From Octopus vulgaris (lineage: Eukaryota), in contig OX597817.1 in the NCBI GenBank assembly GCA_951406725.2, positions 47,306,001-47,370,000 on the forward strand: DNA of 64,000 nt. The letters run 5' to 3'. The position numbers and the translations under genes are program-made. This document shows, piece after piece, positions 50,456 through 64,000 of the stretch. Numbering within the stretch: position 1 is the first letter of the stretch; every line of letters begins with the position of its first letter. The notes below the pieces were generated by a model. The model was given only the letters and a program-made list of their open reading frames with translations. It did no database searches and was not told where the DNA came from.

Positions 50456-51205
50456 TGAGGTGAGATTCCTTTGCTTGAAAACAGGTAAGGGTTGATGACA
50501 GGAAGGGCATCTATTCATAGAAAACCCGACCTCAATACACTCCATTCTACCCAAGGGAAAGTAGACATTAAAACAGTGATGATGATGATGATGATGATGA
50601 TGACGGCGGCTGAAATAACAAAAATGCAAACACAATGTTCCACAAGAACAGATAACAGCCTTCATAACTCAATAAAACGTAGATTGAGATTGTTTTTGTT
50701 TCGTTTTTTATATTGCAGGCATTCATGAACAAAAACCTCAAAGAACATTTCAGATCAAAGACAAGTTCAACAGGCAAATCACCGCTTCAGTGCATTACTG
50801 AGGGTTCGAGTGACAAAAGGTGATTGTGCACTCAGCTTTTGAAAGATTGTATCCATGACTGAAGCTTCCGGAAGTTCTTTCCATATGTTGATGAATCTAA
50901 ATCTTCTGCAATGAGTGCAAGTTAATGGATATATATATATATATATATATACACGTGTTTACCATAATGGTAATTGCGAGTAAGGAAATATGCGAAACAA
51001 ATATTTGGAAGTCAAAACAAAGTTTTCAAATAAAAGAAAAAGCTGTTTTTACATTAGAAAAAAATCAAAAAGCTGCTTTGAATTCTGCTACATGAGTATT
51101 TGATGTATTGATGCAATTACAGCAATGGATTTCTTTAAGAATTTCTTAATATCCTTATATTTCGCAGATTTCTGCTTTTGTGGTGATTGCTATATTTTTA
51201 AGCAT

Positions 51206-51660
51206 ATCATCATCATCATTTTACGCCTACTTTCCATGCTGGAATGGGTTGGACGGTTTGACTGAGGACTGGTGAGCCAGAAAGCTGCACCAGTCTCAAT
51301 CTGATCTGGCAAAGTTTCTACAGCTGGATGCCCTTCCTAACGCCAACCACTCTGAGAGTCTAATGGGTGCTTTTACATGCCACCAGCATGAGGGCCAGCC
51401 AGGTGGTTCCAGCAATGGCCCACGTTCAAAAGGTGTTTTTATGTGCTACCTCCACAGGCGCCACTCTGTCGGCACTGGCAATGACCACACTTGAATGTTG
51501 TTTTTCCCGTTCCACCAGCACATGTGCTGGTAAAGCGACACTGGCAATGATCATGCTTGAATTGTGCTTTTCACATGTCACCAGCACGAGAGCCAATCCG
51601 TGGTCCTGGCAACGATCACGTTCGGATGTGCTTTTAACATTCCACTGGCACAAGTGTGCT
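51206..51660 (-). mobile_element. RTE 3'-UTR-type element with about 60-bp tandem hairpin units
   Basis: Same tail and units as 580-995. Other copies at 9672, 10267, 39888 and 63520-63990. Confidence 0.7.
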
Positions 51661-51679
51661 TGCAAAATCTTGTTGCACC

Positions 51680-51722
<43 letters not shown>

Positions 51723-52333
51723 TAAATGAAAGCCAGAAGAAGGAATATACGAGAATTTATTATTAATCATGACAATTATTTAGATACATCTAATATCGAT
51801 CCCTCGCAATTAAGTGGTACACTTAACAGCTGTTTCAGGAGCAAACAGCGGTGCAGATGTATCTCATCAGGTGATAAATAGATGCAATTCGTTAAAATAA
51901 CAGTTCTGTAATGTATCTTTTCATTTTGTAGAAAGAAAATCAGCAAAATGAAGGCAATATTTTCTTTCATCATATGGAAGGTCAAAAATAAAGTCACAGA
52001 TGCAAAAAAGAAACAAACACACAATACAGCAAGAAAAGTGTTAAAATAACTGATATAGGCAGTGGTATGCATTGTATGTGTGTCTTTGTGTTTTCGTTCC
52101 CTATGCCCACCCCTTAACAACTGATATGTGTTTACATTCCCACAACTTAGCAGTTGTTCAGCAAGGGAGACTGACAACATAAGTTATCAGACTTTAAAAA
52201 AATAAGTACTAGGATGATCTGTACCACTAAGAGCTTTCAAGGCTGCCATCCAATGACTGAAGACCTCAGCAGGGCTACAATCCAATGACTGAAATGCAAA
52301 AACTATAAAAAAATTCCACAGGTGTATTTTCAT

Positions 52334-52505
52334 AGGCGCAGGAGTGGCTGTGTGGTAAGTAGCTTGCTTAAAAACCACATGGTTCAGGGTTCATTCCCAC
52401 TGTGTGGCACCTTAGCCAAGTGTCTTCGACTATAGCTTTGAGTCGACCAAAGCTTTGTGAGTGGATTTGGTAGACAGAAACTGAAAGAAGCCCATCGTAT
52501 AAATG

Positions 52506-52554
<49 letters not shown>

Positions 52555-52735
52555 CGATGATGTGTGTGTGTGTCTGTCTGTCTGTCCCCCCACCATCGCT
52601 TGACAACCGAACTTAACGGTTCGGCAAAAGCGACCAATATAATATGCAGTAGGCTTACAAAGAATAAGTCCTGGGGTCGATTTGCTCGACTAAAGACAGT
52701 CAAATGAGTGAAACAAGTAAAAGAGTAAAAGAGAG
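52334..52735 (+). mobile_element. OK/OR-type SINE
   Basis: Matches the in-window consensus with small deletions. Confidence 0.85.
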
Positions 52736-54489
52736 GAAGAAAGTAAAATACATAATACATATAATAGTAAATGAAAGGCAGTAAGACAGATATCTGAAGT
52801 AATAGCTAACTGCACACCAGTTGAGAAGTTTCACAAAGAAAGCAACAAGAGCAGTCCATAAATGCCCAACTGCAGAGAGTTCGTTCAAGTGGAACATGAA
52901 ATCTGTATAACAAAGTATAAAGGAAATGAAACAGCAAAAGTCTATAGAAAAACGAGATGTGTACAAGAGAGAGAGAAGAATTATTTATTTCTCGAAGAAT
53001 GTTAAAAATAGAATAGAATTACGTGATTAAAGACTGTTAATTATAATGACTTTTTCCTTTCGTTTATCTCGTTAGTTCATCAAAGATCAAAGTTTATCAA
53101 AGCTTTTGCAAAGATGGTAGGGGATGGAAAGAAAAAGACGAGAGACGAGTATAAGTCGTTCTGTGTGATTTAATTATTTGCTTTCAGCAAGTCGGTTTAG
53201 TTACCAAATGGTCAGCTCACGGTATTTACACTATAATTTCAAATGATTCATTACCGCTCGGTATGTTTGCCATATCGAAGGGAATAAATAAATAAAGAAA
53301 ACAAAAAGAAAGCAGCTAAATTTAATATTTGCTTCTTCTCCTTTCTTTTGTTTTCTGATTATGATGGTGGTGGTGGTGGAGTCTTATATGACTGGCACTC
53401 CATCAGTAACAATGATGAGTGTCCCAGTTGATCTGATCAATGGAACAGCCTGCTCATAATAGAATTAACATGGAAGTGGCTGAGTATTCCACACACACAC
53501 ACATGTATCCTTAGCGTAGTTCTCAGAGAGATTCAGCGTGACACAGAATGTGGCAAGGCTGGCCCTTTGGAAAAAAAATGTACAATTCATTTTTTCCAGC
53601 TGAACGAACTGGAGCAATGTGAAATAAAGAGTCTTGCTCAAGGACACAATCATGCTACCAGGAATCAAACTCATGACTTCACAACTGTGAGCCGACTACC
53701 TTAACCACTAAGCCATACACCCTCACAATGGAGCTTTTGTTATTTTCCTTCGTTCTTCCATAAGGTGGGTGCTGGTTTGAGAGGCTCAACACTTCACATG
53801 TATGATATGTTATTCAATTTCACAACAAAAAACAGAAAAAAAAAAACAAAACTACAAGGCCCAATGCAATACAAGGATCCCTCAGCTGGAAATTAACAGA
53901 TATCATCATATTAACCACCACATGTATTACTGGTGATTTGTCATGAACTTCACCCAATCATCAACAACAGGCCATGATGGATAACATGTTAATTGCCAAG
54001 AATGAGAAGTGTGTTTGTGGAACAGAAGCACAATTAGGTTTAGAAAGTCCTCTTGGAAAGTCCCTAAGAGCACAAATGCATAATTTTGTCAATTATCTGT
54101 TTGGTTTTTTTCTTTCCTTTTTTTTTTTTTCACGATCATTTTTGATCGGAACGCCACCTTTTTTCAGGATACTTTTTTATCAGAATTCGCCACCCCCCTT
54201 TTTTCCCCTTCTCTTCTTCCCAAAAAGAAAAGCTCTACTTTGTATTTTGTCCCTTCTGTGTTTAGCCCTGCATGGCCAATAAAGAAATCTAAAGATGGTA
54301 AAAAAAAAAAAAAAGAGACAAAAGCTGAGTGAGTCTCTTTGTACCATTTAATTATTTGCATTTATCAAATGAAGAATTATTTCCTAATCTTATATCATCT
54401 ACAAGTGACAAATCCAAATTCTCCTCAGACTGATTTTACCTTACCCATTGATTTGTTAATGTGTTTGTTAATTTTAAGAAAGTTTTCTT

Positions 54490-56130
54490 AATCGGGCCTC
54501 ATGGAGGCAAAGTGGCTAAGTTCCTTTTGAGTGTTGGGACTCACAGAAGCAAGGAGGCTGAGTTCCTTTCAAGCGTTGGGCCTCATGGAGGCAAAGTGGC
54601 CGAGTTCCTATTAAGTATTGGGCCTCAAGGAGGCAATGACCAAGACCTTTATGTTGTGCTTGAGAAGAAGACCTGTCAAGTTGAGCAAAATTGCAGTCGT
54701 GGCAGATACCAGGGTCACACAGAATGCAACAACTTAAAGATAAAGATTATTTCCTCCTCATCACAAAACTGATGCTCTATTGGTTATGTTCCAGTTAACT
54801 TAATCAATGGAACAGCCTGCTCGTAAAATTCTACATGTTTTTTGTGTTCAAACTCACCAGATCTAACTTCTCACACCTCCTCCAAGAACGGTCCCAGAAA
54901 TTTTTCAAAGGGAGGGCACAAGTCAGAAGGTGATACAATTCCAAGAGGAAAGAGCATAATAACATTATTTTGAAGGGCGCATTTCTTTTCTTGAGTGGGA
55001 CATGTGCCTCACAAGCACCCCCCTGTCCCCTACAATATCATTCTAAAAATTAACATGCAAGTGGCTGAGCACTCCTCAGACATGAGTACCCTTAACCTAG
55101 TTCTCAAGGAGATTCAGTGTAATACAGTATATGAAATACAGGTACTACTCAATTTTGCCAGCAGAGTGGATTGGAGTAATGTATCTGAGGATCTTGCTGA
55201 AGTACTGTTGTATAGTGAAACTGGCAGAAATGTTAGCACGCTGGGCAAAGTGCTTAGTGGTATTTCTTGAAGAAACTTAGCGGTACTTTGTCTGCCGCTA
55301 CATTCTGAGTTCAAATTCTGCCGAGGTCGACTTTGACTTTCATCCTTTCGGGGTCAATTAAATAAGTACCAGTTACACACTGGGGTCAATATAATCAACT
55401 TAATCCGTTTGTCTGTCCTTGTTTGTTCCCTCTGTGTGTAGCCCCTTGTGGGCAATAAAGAAATAAGAAACTCTACACTCCTGCTGGTAAAAAGTGGTAG
55501 TAGCCAGCCATTATAAATAGACCAGTAGACGGTCGTTGCGGAGAAGGTCAGAAGGTCAAGAGTAGGTGTAGACTGTGTTGATAGTCGTGTCTGTGCTGAT
55601 ATAGTAATCATACTGTGATACTGAGTGGACATTATAATGCTCCAACCTTTTGAGGATAATAACACTGTATGACTGGTGGGGGTCGTACAGTGCCAGATAG
55701 AAACATTTTATTGATGATTTCAGAATATAACAGTATCTGTCAGAGCGACAACTGTTGTCAATTGACAGATACAACAGTGGTAAAAGACCACTTTACAACA
55801 AGTACACAATACACCACTGGGTATCGAACCACTAAGCCATGTGTCTTTACTCTTAACTGGGCCTCATGGCCGAGTTCCTTTCGAGTGTTGGGCCTCACGG
55901 AGGCAAAGTGGCTGAGTTCCTTTTGAGTGTTGGGCCTCACGGAATGACCGAAACCTTTGGTATTATGTCGTGCTTGATACTCTAACCACTAAGCCATGTG
56001 CCTTTACTCTTAATCAGGCCTCATGGAGGCAAAGTGGCCGAATTCATTTCAAGTGAAAAGCCTCATGGAAGCAATGACCGAGACCTTTGGCATTATGTCG
56101 TGCCTGATACTCCAACCACTAAGCCATGTC
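54490..56130 (+). repeat. Two clusters (54490-54720 and 55820-56130) of about 43-bp tandem units GGGCCTCATGGAGGCAAAGTGGCTGAGTTCCTTT derived from an RTE ORF end
   Basis: Units run into GACCAAGACCTT..GTGCTTGAGAAGA, as at 396-458. Confidence 0.6.
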
Positions 56131-56727
56131 CCTTTACTCATCACTTAATGACAGAATGGTGCTACAGGTTGCTACTATTAGCAGACATGGTGTTGGCTTA
56201 TTTCTTTCTAACACCAGACCTAAAGGGATTTTTCTTGGCATCCCCAGCATTGATGGTGTACTTTTCTTTTCCATTTTTCACATTCTTCAAACTGTGTTAA
56301 GTCGAAATGTTCCATTTGTTGCAAGGATTGGTATGAACACAGTTACTGTACAAGAGATTTAAAGTGCGAAGGTCATGTGTACTGTTGTTACTGTCTCTGC
56401 TTCAAAACTACCAATTAAATCATTTTTATGTATTAATTGTTAATTGAACTGTTCATTTTGTTCGTCCTTTTGTTCATTCAGTTGTCTTCTCTATCTGTTT
56501 TTCTTTGCAATGTTTTTGTTTTTTCCTCATTAGTTATGTGACATATTTGTGTTTTGGAAGCATTTTGAAAGGAAAAACATCATACGTGTAAATAATTAAG
56601 ACAATGTCTTTAAAAGCAAAACCTTTTATTCTGTCTCCCCACTGGGTATTGAGCACAGGTTTTCCTCGCAGTATTATGATCCTTTCTAGTGAATACTCGA
56701 AAGAAAATGTATTTGGTAATACTTTAA

Positions 56728-57486
56728 CCCTTTAGTATTTAAACCAGCCATATCCAACCCAAATATTCTACATGTTTATTGTGTTCAAACTCGCCAGATG
56801 TGACCTCTTGCACCTCCTCCAAGCACAGCCCCAGGAATTTTTCGAAGGGAGGGCACAAGTCAGAAGGTGATAAAATTCTAGGAGGAAAGAGCATAATAAC
56901 ATTATTTTGAAGGGCGCTCTTTTCTTGAGGGGGGTACATGCCCCACAAGCACCCCCCTGGGGCCTGCCCCTGTCCCCTACAATATCATTCTAAAAATTAA
57001 CAGTTATCTCATCAAAATGTCAAAGCTACAAGAAAATTCATGATTAATTAAAAACATGGGAATAAATAAACATGACTATTGACAAGTGAAGGCACATGGC
57101 ACAGTGGTTAGAGCATTGGGTTTACGATCGTGAGGTTGTGAGTTTGATTCCTGGGCCAGGCTATGTGTTGTGTTCTTGAGCAAGACACTTTATTTCACAT
57201 TGCTCCAGTTCACTCATCTGTAGAAATGAGATGCGACATCACTGGTGCTGAGCGTTATCGGCCTTTGCTTTTCCTTTGGATAACAACGGTGGCATGGAGA
57301 GGTGAGGCTGGTATGCATGGGCGACTGCTGGCCTTCCATAAAAACAACCCTAGGTTGTGTATTCGCGGGTGAGGCGACTTTCCGTCCACACTTGTACCCC
57401 AGAGGAGAACCTTTTAGGTGTACCCATGGTCATTCATGACCGACAGAGTTGAGTACTCTTGACAGAATAATTTACACACTAGAGGG
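56728..57486. mobile_element. TTAA/CCCT-type MITE with a GC-rich insert and a nested SINE
   Basis: ttaa|ccctttag ... tagaggg|ttaa. A relative lies at about 59500-59695. Confidence 0.6.
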
Positions 57487-59773
57487 TTAAATATAGTCAA
57501 GATTCAGAATAAAATAAACACACATCTAAACATCCCAATAACCAATAGTAATGATAATGGTTTCAGCACCAAGCTAGTTACGGGTGGAATAACATAACAT
57601 AGCAGTTAGGGTGTGGGACGCATGATCATAAGATTGTGGTTTCAATTCCTGGATTGGGCAATGTGTTGTGTTTTTAAGTAAAATACTTCATTTCACACCA
57701 CTCAAGTTTACTCAAATGATAAAAATGAATGACTGTGCTACAGACCGGCATCCCATCCAGGGAGAAATATCCATACCAGAGAAACCAGGAAACTGGCCCT
57801 TTGCTCCTTACAGAGTAATGTGGACCAACCTAACCAAACCCAGCAATTTTAGAGGGTGGTGTAAGATGATTTTAGAGGGTGGTGTAAGATGATTTTATTG
57901 AGCTCAAAAGGATGAAGAATAAAGTTGACCTGGGTGGGATTTGAATTTAGAATGTCAAGAGCCAGGTGAAACATTACTGCACATTTTGTCAGACATGTTA
58001 ATGGGTTGTTAATGGGTTTTAGACACAAAGCCTGCAATTTTGAGGGAGGCAGGGAATAGTTAATACCATTGATCCCAGTATTTGACTAGCACTTTATTGT
58101 ATCAAGCCTGAAAGACAAAGCTGACATCAGAGAGATTTGAACTCAGAATGTAAAGACCCTGGCCACAAGGCATTTCACACAACATTCTAACTATTCTGCC
58201 AGTTCACCATGTTACAACAACAACAGCAGCAACAGCAGGAGGGTTTTAAATTTCGGCATAAAGCCAACAATTCTGGGGGAGAGGGGAAGTCAACTACATG
58301 ACCCTTCCCCCCCTGCTCAAATGGTACTTATTTTATCAATCCTGGGCGGACAAAAAACAAAGTCGATTTCAATTGAATTTGAACTCTGGACATGAAGACG
58401 GATGAAGTGTCGCTAAGCATTTTGCTCAGCGTGCTGATGGTTCTGTCACATTTAAATATTCGTCCTTCTTCATAGTCCCTTAAACCACAGTGGGTTCAGG
58501 CCTTGCTTGGGACAAAATCATATAAAAAAAAAAACAATATGTGTGATTGGCTTCAATACACAAATTTAGAAATATCAATACATCACCGTCATCCTATCAT
58601 TACCCTCATCAATAACATTAGTTTTATATCCATTGTATGGATGAATTCTAAACACATCTCCCATGTCTATACACAGAGTTTCATTGACTGGGATTTCATA
58701 TCTGAGAACCCCCCCATATTACCAACTGGCTTTTCTTTCTAAAGTCCCTGAAACAGCTACATTTTATTCCCTCTGTAAATGAAGATACAGCCATTTTATT
58801 GTCTTTTTCACATATTACATCTAAACTTTCTTAATCAGAACACAACCTTAGTTATCAATCATAGAAAAATTACAGACAAATGGCAATGAATCCCTCCCCT
58901 TAAAACTGGAAATCTTGTAGAAGCAGTGGAACATTCTATCAAATTTACTAAAGTGATTGGCAAAGGCCATCTAATGTGTCAAATAAATCCCAAAGTTGTT
59001 ATATTTTCTTCAGCTTCAGTCTAATTAAAGTGCAAAGAGATCAGAGTCTGCGATCAAGATAGTAGGCAATTCTGAATAAATGCTTTTAGCTGTAAAGAAA
59101 GGAATCCAATATATTTATTTATTTATTTCAACGCATCAGAGAAGCATTTGTTTAATTTCATTACTTTATCACCTCCGTTCTAGAGTCTAAGTCAAAGAAA
59201 TGCTTTTCAGTCAAAGACATGAAATTTGCCGTCTTTAGTTCAAGTCAGCACCAATGCATGTTATTTACCAAGAACAGGCTGTACCAAAATATTGGGCAAC
59301 CAAAAGACAAAAGCTTCAAGTACATCAACTCAACTTCAGTAATTTCAACTCATACAGATTTATCAAATACCATACAACAGATTCATGATTTATCAAAATT
59401 CTCTCTGCCTCAAAGCCAGTAGTTCTCGACCATATTTTTTCCAATGGACCCCTCTGGTTCCTATTTTACTTGGGTGGACCCCATAATCATTTGGTGTTCA
59501 ACCCTTTAGCATTTAAACCAGCCAGGTCCAAACCATTCACATCTGGCCCCTCATACCTAAACTACAATGTCATTCTAAAAACAAACAATCCCATCATCAT
59601 AATCCCGAAGCAACAAGATAATGCATGATTAAATTAAGACAATGTGAATCAATAAGCATCAAACTTGACAGAGCAATCTAAATGATTACGGGTTAAAAAA
59701 ATCCTATTGTATTTATATAACTAAATATTATTAAGGATTATATAAAAAAAAACCTGTTAAATATTTTGTGTAT

Positions 59774-60490
59774 TACTCTTTTACTTGTTTCAGTCATTTG
59801 ACTGCGGCCATGCTGGAGCACCACCTTTAGTCGAGCAAATTGAGCCCAGGATTTATTTTCTTTGTAAGCCTAGTACTTATTTTATTGGTCCCTTTTGCCG
59901 AACCGCTAAGTTACAGGGACGTAAACACATCAGCATTGGTTGTCAAGCGATGTTGGGGGGACAAACACAGACACACAAACATATACACACACATAGATAT
60001 ACATACATATATGCCACATGGTTCCGGGTTCAGTCCCACTGAGTGGCAGCTTGGGCAAGAGTCTTCTACTATAGCCTCAGGCCAACTAAAGCCTTGTGAG
60101 TAGATTTGGTAGACAGAAACTAAAAGAAGCCTGTTTTGTGTGTGTGTGTGTGTGTGTGTGTGTTTGTCCCCCATCATCACTTAACAACTGATGTTGGCGT
60201 GTTTACATCCTTGTAACTTAGAGGTTCAGCAAAAGAGACCAATAGAATAAGTACTAGGCTTACAAAGAATAAGTCCTGGGGGTCGATTTGTTCGACTAAA
60301 AGTGGTGCTCCAGCATGGCCACAGTAAAAGAGTGTATACACACACACACACATATACACATACAATGAGCTTCTTTCAGTTTCCATCTACCAAAATCACT
60401 GACAAGGCTTTGGTCAAACTGAGGGAATAGTAGAAGCCCAAGGTACCATGCAGCAGTGGGACTGAACCAAGAACCATATGTGGCTGAGTA
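59774..60490. mobile_element. Cluster of OK/OR-type SINE pieces in alternating orientation
   Basis: Minus 59774-60010, plus 60013-60330, minus 60365-60515. Confidence 0.75.
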
Positions 60491-61698
60491 GCAAACATCT
60501 TACCACACAGCCATGGCTGCATGCAAGGTACTATTTCCTCGTGAGCAGACACGTTCTCACAGAAGACCCAAAACAAAGGCCAACAGTGACATTCGTTTAC
60601 ATCTGTCACATTATGTCATGGCAAGAAGACAGTTACACACACACAAAACCATGTGGTTGCAATATAAGCTTCTTAACAACACAGCATGCCTTCTGTAACT
60701 TATCTGTTTATTGTGTGGACAGAAAAGTCACATGCAGCTTAACACTTGTCCATTCGTACTATCCAATCCATAGCTTTCCATGGATGGAGTCCAGTTGTTA
60801 TTCAGAGCTCTATACTTTTGATAAAAAAATAGTCCAAGACACCTTTGAAAGTTACTAAAAATATAAATCAACATTAGAAATTTATTCAAACTGCCATGCA
60901 AAGAAAAACATGGAGGTATACCAAACATATTACTCATCTAAAAATCGGATAATTTCCATAGAGATACTGAATCGTATACATAGAACTTTGAATGGGAAAC
61001 ACTAGAGTTTTCTAACGAGTGACATCATTTAATATTAATAGTATTATTTTAGGTGGCAAGCTGGTGGAATTGTTAGCACACTGGGCAAAATGCTTAGCTA
61101 CTTACCACACAGTCACTCCTATGGTAATTTTTTTTTTTGTTATTGTCATTTTTTTTGCAAAACACTTCAAAACATTTGTGGGTGGAGGGAATAAAGGAGA
61201 AAGTTATCTGCAAATAGAAAGCTGAACTGAATACTTATAACAGGGTCAATTCTATTAGCATGAAAAAAAAAATTTTTAAGGGTGCAAGACTGAGCCTACC
61301 ACATGAGAGCATGAAAGAACTCTCCAGCAGGTTTCCATAAAGTTTCTGTTTACCTAAGTTCACTTAGAGATGTTTTAGTCAACCAAACGCTATGGTAGAG
61401 GGCACTTGCTCAGGGTGCCATATAGAGAGTTTGAACTCAAAACCAAGCAATTATTAAGCAGACGCCTTAGCCATATTGTGTCTGCACCCGTAATTGTAGT
61501 TTATATTTCAAGCACAACAAATTGACTCCAGTATGCAACTGGTACTTAATTTATCAACCCTGAAAGGATAAAAAGCAAAGTCGACCTTGGTGGAATCTGA
61601 ACTCAGATTAAATGTTCTTAAGCATTTTGCCCAGCATCCTAACAATCCCACCAGCTCGTCACCTTCAATTTCATGAACGTATTGAGCAGCAACAACAA

Positions 61699-62035
61699 AG
61701 AGGCGCAATGGCCCAGTGGTTAGGGCAGCGGACTCACGGTCGGAGGATCACGATTTCGATTCCCAGACCGGGCATTGTGTGTGTTTATTGAGCAAAAACA
61801 CCTAAAGCTCCACGTACTCTTTCACTCCAACTTTCTCTGACTCTTTCCTGTCTCCGACTTCCTATGCAACCGCTGAGCCTGGATGCGCATTCATCCATCC
61901 GTCGGTGCTCTCGGTGTTGGGGGTTGACCTGCTTTCTCTTCTGCGGGTCTTACAAATAGCAAAGGACCGCGTTTCGGACTTCTCCCATCTTGCAAGCTCT
62001 GGGACGAAGACCGTTCGCTCAACAGCAACAGCAGC
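61699..62035 (+). mobile_element. Young, CpG-rich tRNA-headed SINE with a (CAG/CAA) tail
   Basis: A box TGGCCCAGTGG, B-box-like GATTTCGATTCC; gcagcaacaacaa on both sides. Confidence 0.65.
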
Positions 62036-62678
62036 AGCAGCAACAACAACTGCATACAAACACTCCATTGTACCTTTATGTTCACTAACAATCGCTTTGT
62101 TTTTATCATTTCAAGAAGTCACAATAAAGCTATGTAGGTGAAAAGTTAATATAGCAGTAAATAAACTTTCAAATCACCTGCACAGTTGGAGGCTTTCTTA
62201 TAAAACCTGTTGCAGGTATCACTGTTAATACATCTCTTGTATCATCTTTGTTTTTCACTTGGTTGGCTGCTAATATTTAAATGATTTCTTCCAAACAGTT
62301 CAAAGCCGATACATTTTTCAGATATCTGAGGAGATTATAACATTTGGTCTCTTGACTAAAATATGTTCTTTATTTCCGGATCTCGTATTTATCTTATACT
62401 GTTCAAAAGATATCAAGTGCCAGTCAGATAACATACACTAGTAAAACATCACAAACCAGTAAGATGTCACATAACAGTGAAGGCATATGACTCGGCGGAT
62501 TGAGAGTCGGGCTGACAATCATGGGGTAGTGAGTTTGATTCTTGGACCAGGCTGTGCATTGTGTTCTTGAGCAAGACACTTTATTTCACATTGCTCCAGT
62601 TCACTCATCTGTAGAAATGAGTTGCGATGTCACTGGTGCCAAGTTGTATCGGCCTTTGCCTTTCACTTGGATAACATC

Positions 62679-62908
62679 TGTTTCTTTATTACCCACAAGG
62701 GGCTAAACATTGAGGGGACAAACAAGGACAGACAAATGGATTAAGTCGATTACATCTAACCCAGTGCATAACTGGTACTTATTTAATTGACCCCGAAAGG
62801 ATGAAAGGCAAAGTCGACCTCGGCGGAATTTGAACTCGGAACGTAACGGCAGACAAAATACGGCTACGCATTTCGCCTGGTGTGCTAACGGTTCTGCCAG
62901 CTCACCAT
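62679..62908 (-). mobile_element. Meta-like SINE nested in another SINE, with a 19-bp TSD
   Basis: ctttcacttggataacatc at 62660-62678 and 62909-62927. Confidence 0.88.
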
Positions 62909-64000
62909 CTTTCACTTGGATAACATCAGTAGCGTGGAGAGGGGAGGCTGGTATGTATGGGCGACTGCTGGTCCTCCATAAACAACCTTACGCAGATTTG
63001 TGTCTGGGGGGTTTGGGGTGGAGGGCTTTCTAGGTGTGATCCCTTGGTCATTCTTGACCGAAATGGATCTTTAACATTTAATCAGTGAGATATTATATAC
63101 CAGTAAATTATCGTGCCTCAGTAAGGTATTCAGTGAGATCTACAACAGAATACAGGAGTGCTTATGGGAGTTAGAATAGTCTCAACTACATAAACCTGTT
63201 CATTGGTTACATAAAGTCTGAAACCTGTCTTGGCTGACCAAACCCATTCCTGAAACACAATGAGACAATTAGGGACAGTTCTTTAAATGATTGCGATTCG
63301 GAACAACTGAGTGGACACTGAACCTGTTTTGGTGACAGTACCTTTTAGCGCTAGAAGCAAATATACTCATAGAAACACACATACACACACAAAATATATA
63401 ACACAGATAGAAAGGAGAGAAAGTGAGAGGGTGAGGGGGAAAAGAGTCAGTGCAATTTATTAATTGAACATGGCTGACATAAACCCTTTCCCTCTCCTCA
63501 TACACATAATGAGCAGGCTTTCCATGTTGGCATGGGTTGGACGGTTTGACTGAGAGCTGGCAAACCAGAAGGCTGCACCTGGCTCCAGTTTGAACTGGTA
63601 AAGTTTCTACAGCTGGATGCCCTTCCTAATGCCAACCACTCCGAGAGTGCTTTTTATGTGCCACCGGCACAGGAGCTAGTCAAGCAGCACTGGCATCAAC
63701 CACACTCAAATGGTGTTTTTTATGTGCCACTAGCACAGGAGCCAGTCAGGTGGCATTGACATACACCATGCTTAAATGGTGTATTTTATGTGTCACTGGC
63801 ACAGGAGCCAGTCAGGCAGCACTGGCAATGATCACGCTCGAATGGTGCTTTTTACGTGCCTCCAGCATGGGAGTCAGTCAGGCGGCACTGGCATTAAACA
63901 CACATGAATGGTGCTTTTTACATGCACTGACATGGGCGCCAATCAGGCAGTACTGTTATCAGCCACGACAATGATTTCACTTGCCTCAACAGGTCTTCAC

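Noticed and set aside
51366-51660. Regularly spaced palindromic repeats resembling a CRISPR array (also 54.5, 55.9 and 63.7 kb)
   Set aside because: Whole units are homologous with no unique spacers, they sit inside retroelement ends, and there are no cas genes in this eukaryotic DNA.

Overview
AT-rich, microsatellite- and SINE-dense animal genomic DNA; the repeat families look like those of Octopus (inference, not searched). Nearly all ORFs in the supplied track are low-complexity or repeat artefacts. The only protein-coding sequence I can identify is two small minus-strand exons (45987-46050 and 19814-19897) with canonical splice sites. They join in frame to encode ADIKVSGLPLQIIAEAVQQAF-IARQHILKIMDSTLSKPRENGRNNRPVT, the end of the second RNase PH domain of mitochondrial PNPase (PNPT1). 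The rest of the window is three very large PNPT1 introns (one complete, about 26 kb). They are filled with tRNA-derived SINEs, RTE and CR1/L2 LINE fragments, hAT and piggyBac-type MITEs, Helitron-like elements and simple repeats. The most interesting signal is a set of minimal type I hammerhead-ribozyme folds in Penelope-like repeats. One is carried by a tRNA-headed (Pol III) SINE-like element present in 3 copies, one of them intact at 29253-29298. Another has the core C3-G8 tertiary pair swapped to G3-C8 (31117-31167). Also notable: a 101-bp near-perfect hairpin, a 512-nt AG-free zone before a PNPT1 exon, a promoter-like or alternative-acceptor island at 3.6 kb, and several locally templated insertions.
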